Source: Vicugna vicugna (Eukaryota). Taken from it: a stretch of 64,000 nt of DNA. The notes below the pieces were generated by a model. It did no database searches and had not been told where the DNA came from. It saw only the letters and a list, made by a program, of their open reading frames with translations. Shown in pieces: positions 53,975-64,000 of the stretch. The position numbers were made by a program, and so were the translations under genes. Within the stretch, counting starts at the first letter, position 1. Every line of letters begins with the position of its first letter. Location of the stretch: the NCBI GenBank assembly GCA_013265495.1, contig MU058844.1:874941-938940 (forward strand), in the 5' to 3' direction.

Positions 53975-54741
53975 GTAAATGACTTTGTTATATTACTGTG
54001 TTTCTGGATTTTATTCCTTAGTGACAATATTTTAACCATCAAAATTGTCCTGACAGACTTTAAAAGTTTTGCCATTTATTAATTTAAAACTACATAGAAT
54101 GATTAAATTTCATGCAGTCTAGTTTCTGGTTAGCAGATGTGTTTCAATTTTAGTTTTAAATTCAGTTGTTGCCTTCCTACTGAGTTACTCTGTAGAATAC
54201 TCATTTTCTGAATCAGTGCATCAGCATTAAACTCATGTTTTAGTCATCATTAGGTTCTTTTAAAGGAAGTAAAAGCAGAAATTAAAAAACTTAAATAATA
54301 CCATCATGTGATGTTTCAAGTTTATATTCCTTTTGAAGAAATTATGCCTGAAACATCTGACAAATAGGAATAGTTTTTCACCTGATAGAAATGCTTTATT
54401 AAACACTTTTAGGCCTCTTGCCTTCTGAGACGACCTACAATGTGTCTATGGAGTGTATATCTCCCTGAATAAATCTGCCTCCACTTTAAAACAAAACAAA
54501 AACTTTCAAGATAAATTCCATAATAAATGTTTAGCATGGTATCTAAATACAAAGCATTCAAATTAACCAAGGGATTCAGTTGACATAATGAAACTTTGTT
54601 ATTATTAAGTAATATAAATAATACACTAATCACTTAGAAGTTAGAATACTGAAAATTGCACTGTGAAAGTATATTTATAGTCTCATAATACTTTTGGTAT
54701 AGTTTTTATGCTTGAAATTGTTGAATTTTTGTCATTTACAG

Positions 54742-54864
54742 CATCACTGCAGACAATGTGGAAATATCTTCTGTGCTGAGTGTTCAGCCAAAAATGCCTT
54801 AACTCCTTCTTCCAAGAAGCCTGTTCGTGTCTGTGATGCATGTTTCAATGACTTGCAAGGATAA
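54742..54864 (+). CDS. EEA1: EEA1 last coding exon, C-half of FYVE domain and stop
   Basis: ttacag|HHCRQCGNIFCAECSAKNALTPSSKKPVRVCDACFNDLQG*; completes the RRHHCR and RVC PI3P-binding motifs; TAA 54862-54864. Confidence 0.98.
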   Translation, partial: HHCRQCGNIFCAECSAKNALTPSSKKPVRVCDACFNDLQG

Positions 54865-57800
54865 TGGATTATCACAACTTCAGAGTAATACTACACTAAC
54901 ATTAGATTTTTAATAAATGCACTTAATAGAGGTCTTGGACTACTACTATTTGATTTGGACAGTGGTTGCAATACAAAACCAAATTAGAATTCGTATATTT
55001 TGGGATGTTATCAAGTAAAACTCTTCTATTTTTGTGAGACTTGGGCTCATCTTTCATTACTTTTTTCCATTTAACCTTGGAACAACGTTCATACCAAGTT
55101 AAGAATTAGTCAATGAAATGTAAATAAACTTTGAATGGAAAATAGCAATGTATTTTTTTAAATATAATTTCATTGTTCACAAATGACATGAATACTCTTC
55201 CATAGCTTACTTTGTCTTTCTCCCAAATTTGGTGTACAGAAATGTACATGGATGTTACCATATCTAACACATTAATTAAATATTCACTTTGTGAAGTCAC
55301 ACAGAGAACTATAAACTTTCTTTTTTCTTATACTTAGGTCCATAGCTCAGTTGCATTGTTATGATAAAAATTTACTAAAATGTTCTAAATACAGATTATG
55401 TTAAAATATGTATTAACCATTAATTCAAACATGGTTTTTATTTTAACAATATTGATAAAATTCTCTTGGTTGTGTAGATCAGGGTTAATATTTTTCTTTT
55501 TATCTTTTTCTATCTCATTTTTAAACTCCCACAGTCTTAAGAATCCTACAAAATTCCCCACCCTCCCCCCAAATTGGAAGGTAAATAAAAGAAGATGTAT
55601 AATGATTCTATTTTGTTTCTTCTAAGTGGGAAGTTTTCTGACTTAAACCCTCGTTTTGTCTCTCCAGCATCTTCAGGAATCTGAATTTGCTTTTTTAATG
55701 GATCTGCTTTTTTTCAAGGTAATTTGGTTCAACATTCCCAAGCATAGCTCAGCTTCATTGTAACTGTTTTGTAATTTTGCATCTTAAAGCTAGTAACTGA
55801 TATTGCTACAGTCTTATCTGTGAAAACAAATACTAAATGGTAAGGAGACATTAAGTATTCTGCTTGACTTAATAGAGAATTTTTTTTTAACGTTGTGAAC
55901 TTATTTTTAATTTTAAAAGGTTCTGAGTTTGGGGTTCCATATCAACTGTAAATACTTTACTTTGCAAAAATAATGCTATGAAATTATCTTGAAATAACAG
56001 TTGGGTAATAGAGTATTGCCAAAACCAAATGTATTTGGGAACCCCAAAATTATAATCAGAACTGAAACAGAATGGCTAATTGAAAGTAATTAAAAATTAG
56101 CTTATTTGTATGCTGAACAATGGAATTGAACTTTATCATAGTCTTATTAATTTGGAAAATTTGAAAACTTGTGAAAAGTCATTAATATTGATTCATTACT
56201 GTCTCTAGAGAAGAAATGTAAAGTTACATATTTGTTCAGTGCTATCATTTGGTAATAGGGAAGGCTGGAAGCTTATGTTTCATTTACAGTTAACAGTTTA
56301 TAATATACACTTGTTTTCAACTATCATGCTGAAATGATTATTTTCTACCTATTACATACATACATAAACTAAAAGATTGCCATATATTCATTTAATTATT
56401 TAAAAAAAAAACCCATTTAAGTAAAACTCTGTTGTCAGTAGCTACTAAGGACCCTGACTGAGTCCCTGGACTTGGATAAATATATATTCTTGAACATACA
56501 GAATGAAGAAATACAATGGCTCTTTATTAAAAATAATAGTTGGATAATAGAAATTGAGCTAAAATTATGCAAATAGTCTTAATTCTACACTTTTATATAT
56601 AAGTAACTTAAGTATGTTGGAAAAACATTCACAGCCCCACTGATTATTATTTTTTTTAAGATAATGAAACTTCATGAGAATTCTTCGGGATTAGAATATT
56701 GTTCAGTTCATCTCCTGTCTTGTCCCTCCTGCCCTACATATTCACACAAAAAATTGTGGGGACAACAAATAAAACCATGTTTGAGTAATTTTCTACTTTT
56801 CAACTAGCTAATCTCATTTCATAGGTCCTAAATGATTAGGCTACTATACTAATTAAAAATGACACCTAATATTTTCCTGTTAATCTCACCAACTTAAGGT
56901 GTTTGGGAAACAAAAATTAAAGTTTTTCTTTAAATGGTTCTGCATTTTAGATGTCTGCTGGTACTACTGTCAGTGATTTGGAGCTGGTACATACATTCCA
57001 GCTCTCATGGAAAGCATACTGGCATCTTACGTTAGTAAATTCTAAACCCCAGCACAGAAAACGTGAGGTAAAAATCGAGTCTTGCTGGGCTAGCATACAA
57101 TAAACTACACATACAGATTGTTTTTTAATAGAAGACAAAGCTGCTGGTATAGGACTTATTTTGAAGAAAAAAGAGGGAAACAAAAACACAAAAACCTCAA
57201 TGCAGTGTATAATTTTGTTCAACTACCTCTTAATGTGGAATTAGCTAGTTTAATAGTTTCCTTACAGTAATGTTAAATAGTAACTCCCAAATTTGTTAGT
57301 TCCCCATCTCTCTTGAAAAGGCTTTATGATTATTTTATAGTTTTGGGAACTTCAGAGCCACTTTTTTTTTAAACTTGCATTTGCACAAAAATGTTTAGCT
57401 TTTAAGTGGAGAGCAAATTATGATTATATATTTTGATATTCATGACCTATTTGACTATAGCAGTTTTTTTTAATGCACTTTGGCTATGAAACCATGGATG
57501 ATTTGATCCATAAGATTTAAATGTGCCATCAATTTAGTATTCCTAGACATGAGCTTGATGAATGGTATTCTGTAATAATGTGCCACACATTATAGTGTCT
57601 TAATTGCCCTTTGCCTGAATTTTAATGATCAATGTTATTGTTGCAGATGTGAATACTGTGCATAAACTTACTAAATCTATGTACAATTGTATAAAATAGA
57701 ATTGGAAATAGCCAAGTTCTGTGTAGAAGTAATGAATTTATTGTAACATGATGCAGTTGTGTATATGACATCCTGTACTTGAACTGGATCATATATTCAT

Positions 57801-58345
57801 AGCTTCTGTAGATACTTTTGCATGAATATTTTGTTTAGTTTTTGGATTCATTTGTATTGTTTACTACGTGTGATCATGTAGTTGTTGTGCCTTATTAGTG
57901 AGAGAGTTTAGCTCAGTAAATACTGTGGTTTCTAAACTCAGTGAGTGGAAGGTTATTGATTATAAATGTAACTGATAAATTACATAACATTTAAATCTGT
58001 ACAAAGAACAATGGAAGGATCCTCATTGAATTGTTGCTTTTTTTTTTTAAATATGTTAAAGATATTAAAAATAATTTCTTTCTAGTGGATGTATTCTGTG
58101 ACTATAAATTATTTTGTCTATTTAAGAGTGAGAGTATCTTTACAGACTGTAAGAACTTTCCACCTGGATATAGACAGTGGGAATGCTTTAATGTGCAACT
58201 TAGTAATTTCTCTTGAAATTATGAACTTCCTATTCTAATGCCATTTTGAGTAAGACATTCCCTTTTCATTGTATTCATTATTTTGGAGAATTAACGAAAC
58301 TAAAAAGAAACATTAAACAACATTAAATTAATTCCTTCTTTCATT
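54865..58345 (+). other. EEA1: EEA1 3'UTR (end approximate)
   Basis: AU-rich, with no recognisable interspersed repeats, after the stop codon; ends near tandem ATTAAA followed by U/GU-rich sequence; repeats resume after ~58.4 kb. Confidence 0.65.
58312..58327 (+). terminator. Candidate distal polyadenylation signals (ATTAAA x2)
   Basis: ATTAAA at 58312 and 58322, followed by ttccttctttcattgtatgtct. Confidence 0.5.
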
Positions 58346-58584
58346 GTATGTCTAAATTGAATACCCAAGTGATCATTTAAAGATACTTTCTGAAAGCTCA
58401 ATGTACTGTTGCTTTTTACTGTTTTTTCCCCTGGGAACCAAAGTTCTAGAAGTGTTCTTTCATTTTACTCTAAGGTGCTCCCCTCTGAAGAGAATAATGT
58501 GTAGATGCTCAGGCACTCAGTATATATGTTAGATAGATAGGTTCTTTTGTGAGCTTTATAGAATTCCACTTGAAATATACAGCA

Positions 58585-59035
58585 TATTTTAAAGTTTTTT
58601 TGTGGTAAGAACAGTTAACATGATATCTACCCTCTTCACAACTCTTCTACGTGTGCAGTACAGCAGATCTCTACTACTCGTTTTGCTGAACAAACTTTAT
58701 GCCCACTGATTAGTAACTCCCCATTTCCCACTACCACCAGCCTCTGGCAACCACTTTACACTCTGATTCTATGAATTTGAATATTTTAGAAATCTCATAT
58801 AAGTGGAATCATGTAGTACATCTTTCTGTGACTATTTCCCTTTGCATAATGTCCTCAAGGTTCATATAAGTTGTTGCATATTACAGAATTTCTTTTCAAG
58901 GCTGAGTAGTATTCCATTATAAGTATATACCAGCTTTTCTTTATCCACTCATCTGTTGGTGAACATTAAAGTTTTTTTCCACCTTGGCTACTGTGAATAG
59001 TTCTGCAGTGAACATAGAAGTGCTGGTATTTCTTT
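58585..59035 (-). mobile_element. Old L1 (L1MA/MB-like) 3' end
   Basis: cagcctctggcaaccact...tctcatataagtggaatcatg...ggctgagtagtattccatt. Confidence 0.8.
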
Positions 59036-60635
59036 GTATATAGCATATTCTTACGGTATTTTACATCTTAATTAATTACATTTACATGTTAATTTAGTCA
59101 GTCTTTTTCTCCCTTTAATGGGATTTAAGGGAGAAACTATTCTTTATATATATAAATACATGTTTACTGGACTCTTGGGACTAAAAGGAATATTGAGAGA
59201 TGACCTAGACCTAGTCTACTGCCTTTTACCTAGGTTGCCCGATATCTAGAAATCCCTAACAATTGTCTTAATTGTTAATTTTTTTCTAAATAAAAGTACA
59301 TATATTATTTTTCATCTCTAAGAACTCAAAACTTCTCTACTTTGCCTTTTTTCTTTTATTCATAGGCATTAACAATAACATTAGTTACTGCTCCCCTGAT
59401 TTTCCTTCCACTTCACTTACTCCTAATAAATATCTGACATCATTATACAGTGACTGTGACCCTCCATTCTAATAGTGCTTGGCCCTTAAAGGGCTGTTAT
59501 GATGAACTTGTGTGTACTGCTGGTCTACAGGGGACATCTGCATTTTCCTCAGAGAATTAACTGTGCACATGACTTCCCCAAGCATCATCCTCTCAATCCC
59601 ATTGTCCAGCTTGAGATCAGTTAAGGTATTATTTGTTTTGCCGCCCAAGTTGATAAATTTACTAACTCCATTTTGGAAATTACAGAAGGTGCCATGTCTG
59701 CACACTTGCATTTTAAATCCAAATTTATGGATTTCCATTTGATACAATCTGACTATAAGAACTAGTTCCTTAAATGCAGTTAATAGTATATTCTACCATG
59801 ATAATATAATTCAAGCTGACTTCTTTGTAAGATCTCTAATGTTTCAAGTCCTACCAAAAAGACAAAGTGACTGCACTGTGTTAACACCCCCACTCAAAAC
59901 CGGAAAGAAGCTTTATGACAAACTCCATCATTCTTCAAAAAATGAGATTCAGAGAAAGATATCCTACTATTTCTATGAAAATGTCCCAAGTGTTAAAAGG
60001 TGGAACTAGAACAGATGTTTGCTTTTCCTTTTTTAAAATAATGGAGTTTAGTCTTTGGGATTTTCTCCTTCCAAGAAAAGAGTATCACAAAACATACCTG
60101 AGATAAGTAAACTGCTAGACTAGGAATTTAAAAACTGCTACTAAGATGTAGATCTTATTATTCATTGCTTAATATGTTAAAAGAACAATCAAATTTTGTT
60201 GTCAAAAGAGTCGTCATTGTGTATGAGGTAGAACTACAAAGCAAGGCTGACTCACAAGCCCATGTAGGACAACTGGCTTCACTGCAGATAAACACAAAGA
60301 CGCAAGAATTCGTATCAGACACAAGCCCTGGGGATTGTTTTCTCCTGCTACTGCTTTTACCGGATCATTCACCCGTTACGAATTGCAATAGCACCATACT
60401 TTGCTCACACCTCTTGTGAGCCTGACTGAAGCATTATAAGGTAGTCTGGATATCAAATTTGTTGTAGTCATTATTCCACTATCCTGAGGAATTTCCTAGC
60501 TCAAATTCTCAAGTTCTAGAACTTCTTTAAAATGCACATTGTCTTCTAGCTCATCAACAGGTAAGTGGTACAAGTTTGAATGAAAGAATACCTTAATCCT
60601 TAATGTCTTAAAAGATGTGCCACTTGTTTCGGTCC

Positions 60636-60743
60636 TTAAATTTCCGAGGATTCGGCAGGCAATGTGGGTAAGGCTTTTTTCTTGGTTTCCTGACTCTTGG
60701 GGAAGCAAGAGACTGCTGCTGTGATTTGTGCCATCCATGTTTT
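60636..60743 (-). CDS. PLEKHG7: PLEKHG7 last coding exon (ancestral frame)
   Basis: Minus strand tttttaacag|KTWMAQITAAVSCFPKSQETKKKALPTLPAESSEI*; resembles the recalled PLEKHG7 C-terminus (PH-domain terminal helix with W); PLEKHG7 is the known tail-to-tail neighbour of EEA1. Confidence 0.88.
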   Translation of the reverse strand, partial: KTWMAQITAAVSCFPKSQETKKKALPTLPAESSEI

Positions 60744-61757
60744 CTGTTAAAAATAAAATGTACATAGTGAATGTTAAGCTGACAATTTCTCATATTTGGA
60801 TTAATATTTTCCTTTTTATTTGTTGACTTGCTCTTTAAAACTGAAGACTTGTGAAACATTTGCCTATGTTTCCCATTTTCTTTCTTAAATCTAATTCATC
60901 TAAGTAATCTCTAATCACATTTGAAAGTGCAAACGGATTAGATGACTATAGTATGCAAGTTGGATAAACAGTTGTGAGTAATCAAGGAACTGTAATAGTC
61001 AACGATGACTAATTAGAAAGACGAGTACTGAGAATGTAAGTAGTTTGAAAACTGAATTTCTTGAATTTTCACTTTGTGTGGAAACAGAAGTTCTTAACCA
61101 ATGGCATAACTTGTAAAACAGACAGAGAGGAAACTTGAGTCCTTGAAAATAATGCATTAACTGCAGGTCTGGCCACATTGCTGCCCTGATGAAAGCCTAC
61201 CGGGGAAAGACGAGAAAGGAACTTCTAAGATACAGAAACCAGAGTCAGACAGGCAGCTGCTCTTCAGCCCCACAGCTGTAAAATCAGTGGCATATTTTCA
61301 AAGGATGAAGAGACTTCACACAATTCATTACTGCAGAAGCCCTTCACTTAAGCTGACATCATATTGTTTGTATACTGGGGCTCTGGCAATTGACCAGAGC
61401 ATCTTAAAAGTCAACCATGCAATCCAAAGCAGTTCTTCCCCCGTTTCCTCCAGACCCTGCAGATCTTACAGCAGCTCTGGAGCTTCTGCCGCAGGAGAAA
61501 ATGAGGGAGGCTGTGTCAGCGCTGGGGATGTGAGGAAACGGTCAGTTCTGAGGTTTCTGAGCCTGATAGGGACTAGATGTCCAGATCCTTCCTCTCTTCC
61601 CAATTTCTGCCTTTCCCGAAGTACATGGGGGAAATACACAAAACTGTCCACTCACTGTTCCTTAAGGAGCTTGGGGTGAGATTTTTCTTCATTTGAAGCC
61701 TGAAGAATCAAAGTCTGAAGTCTGAAGAATCAAAACCTACAAAACTGAAATATGTAC

Positions 61758-61853
61758 TTTGATGTTTTCCGTTTGGGCTTGTAATAAGAATGCTGCTACA
61801 CACTGTTGATAACTTTTCATGTTGTATGAGGAAAGCATTTCTCAGCCTGTAGA
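61758..61853 (-). CDS. PLEKHG7: PLEKHG7 penultimate exon, apparently frameshifted
   Basis: Minus strand tttttctag|TC-YRLRNAFLIQHE / SYQQCVAAFLLQAQTENIK|gtacat; 96 nt; the two homologous halves lie in different frames. Confidence 0.82.
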
Positions 61854-62318
61854 CTAGAAAAAGATTAAAGACAAAAAGCCAAATCACTTAATATGAAATC
61901 CAGTTTTTCAGTACAGTAACGTGGATTTTTGTTTATTAATGTGTGGGAAGTTTGTGTCAATTAAAAAGAAACCTGATTCCAATACCAAGACTTCACTGCT
62001 GTGTCCAAATAGAGCCCACTTAAATATGAAAACCCTTTCTTTCTTACCTAACGACTCCTGGAGCTTGATGAAATGCGATTATGGTTTAGGTGATGGAAAA
62101 TGGGTTCCTCCTCAAAGCAGCAGCTTAGCATATGAGGTAGCTTTTATGTATGTAAAATATAAGTGATACAAATATGAAAATGCAATTATTGTTTCCTTTT
62201 TTAAATGTTTTACTTTCGTACTTAAAGAGAAGTCACATCAAAACAAGGGTTATAAACAAATTAAGACATGGCAAAAATACAAAACCACCTGAATGCTTCA
62301 CAGCAGTCCAAGAAAAAC

Positions 62319-62319
<1 letters not shown>

Positions 62320-62353
<34 letters not shown>

Positions 62354-62367
62354 AAAAAAAAAAAAAA
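62320..62367 (+). repeat. Poly(A) tract A33-C-A14
   Basis: Directly visible. Confidence 0.95.
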
Positions 62368-63314
62368 GACACAAATGAAATCCAACATCCACCAAATTAT
62401 GTGAAATGTAAAACAAAACAAAAAGAAATGTTGGCATGATTTCTGTGTCTGAAAAGAAATGGCCTATTCTGTCATTTCCTTATTGGTCTCTTATTAAAGA
62501 AATGACAGGAGACACTGGAAGAGCAGATTTTCTTTTTTGTATGTAGCCGGAACTCTTGAAAGCTTCTTCCTTGAATTATTAATACAATACAGGGCATAAA
62601 ATTCTGCAGCCCATACATTCTTTCTACAGTCCATTTATGTTTAGAAACAGACAAACACACCAAACCAGAGCTGGGGCCAGGTCACTCCAAGCACTTCAGA
62701 GACGAGGAGGAGAGCGCTGACGCTTCCCGGAGGATCAGTAAGCTGATGCCTGTCCGTGGCCGTCACTTTCTATTCCGTGACATTTCGGGGATTTAAGTCA
62801 GACTCACTGAGGCTAGATGGGCCTCATTTCAGAATCATAAGCAAATGTGGAGACTTTTATTTTCTTACCTGCAAGAACTAACTCAGTATCACAAATCGTA
62901 AGCTAAACCCCATAATTCCTAAGTTCTACCACAACAAAGGCTGTCAAGGTTATGAAATTCTGTCCAGCTTCTCTGAGGTGAGAGGACTTAAACCTATTAA
63001 AATGACTTTCTGGCTGTGTTTTGTTTTGCTCCCTGATTTTTCTCCTTATAAATTCCTTGTAGCAAATGAGGCTTTAAATCAGGCTACTGTTCTTGGCTGG
63101 ATTTCGAAATCCATTTGTCCCCAAACTGTAATTATAATTCTCAGTTATTTAAGATATCCCTCATCTGCTTGGTTTGTAATATGGCTGCTAAAGATTTTAT
63201 AAGCCAAAGGACCTCATCCAGCTAGGCTTGTAAAACAAAGTAAGGAGATGATACATGGTCAGGAATAGCTCTTTTCTCCCCGTGATGTTCTACTATAATA
63301 ATTAACAACTGATA

Positions 63315-63545
63315 TAATAGTTGACATCATTTATTAAGCACTTACTATGTACTGGGCACAGTGCTATGTATTTTTTTCCCGTTTTGTGTCATTTAAACCA
63401 AACAGCAACCGTATAACATATGCCAACCAATTCCCACTTACAGTTGAAGACACAGATTTAGATGAATTTTTCCAAGGCCACATAGCTTGTGAATGATACA
63501 GCCAGGATTTGGAACTAGGTCTCTGTCACTCCCATGCGCACTCTC
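63315..63545 (-). mobile_element. MIR SINE
   Basis: catttattaagcacttactatgtactgggcacagtgct...tccaaggccacatagct...ggatttggaactaggtct. Confidence 0.8.
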
Positions 63546-64000
63546 TTCTTTTTTCAGACTTGACTCTGTCACTCTACAGCTATTCTGCCTCATGCACTGT
63601 ATCTGAATGGTTAACCAGAAAAATGAGGAAAATATTAAAAAACAGAAATGAATGGCAGTGACAAATAAAAAAAATAAAAATGGCAGAAGTATGATTTTAA
63701 AAAAGACTTGATTTTATTAAAAAGAGAAAAGGAAAATAGAATAGAGAAAAACTTGCATCTCCTAAGGGAATTCAGTGCTGTCAGAGTTCCCACAAAGCCC
63801 AGTTCTGAAAGCCGGCAGGGCTGGGTCTGACCTTTGCCCACGCTGCTTTCACTCTTCTGCATGGGAATCTGACACCTTCCTCCTCATGGCCATTGATCAT
63901 GCCAGAATCTTTTAACTACGGCCATGGTAGTAATAGGATAAATTCCTGGTCCAGGATGTCCTCCGCCATGACATCTTTCCCCACAGGGAAGTAAACTCCG

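Noticed and set aside
61287..61679. 130-aa + strand ORF
   Set aside because: GTG start, no recognisable domain, no linked splice structure; lies in the last PLEKHG7 intron on the opposite strand.
61694..61734. 22-bp period tandem duplication near the PLEKHG7 donor
   Set aside because: Two-copy slippage duplication that leaves the donor intact; not an array.
62174..62421. Poly-Lys and poly-Phe ORFs
   Set aside because: Translation artefacts of the poly(A) tract.
1..64000. CRISPR arrays, operons, prokaryotic or viral inserts, NUMTs
   Set aside because: No repeat-spacer arrays, gene-dense or CpG-rich segments, or mitochondrial-like sequence were recognised; the window is consistent with mammalian gene and intron DNA.

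Overview
AT-rich mammalian genomic DNA, probably camelid: two tRNA-derived SINEs resemble the camelid Vic-1 family. The + strand carries the 3' ~80% of EEA1 (early endosome antigen 1). I traced 20 coding exons (4102..54864) with GT-AG boundaries; they splice into an intact 1145-codon frame ending in the FYVE finger, followed by a ~3.5 kb 3'UTR. The - strand carries the last two coding exons of PLEKHG7, convergent with EEA1. Introns hold L1, L2, MIR, MaLR/MER21-type LTRs, a Charlie1-like hAT element and microsatellites. I see no new multi-gene system. The best leads are: (1) an apparent 2-nt frameshift in the penultimate PLEKHG7 exon that would give a ~100-aa alternative C-terminus; (2) a copy of an EEA1 splice acceptor and exon start pasted into an L1 5'UTR 393 bp upstream of the real one, a possible decoy or poison acceptor; (3) an in-frame upstream acceptor that could add a polybasic 19-mer; and (4) unusual L1 architectures. 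Gene and repeat names come from recognition, not database searches.
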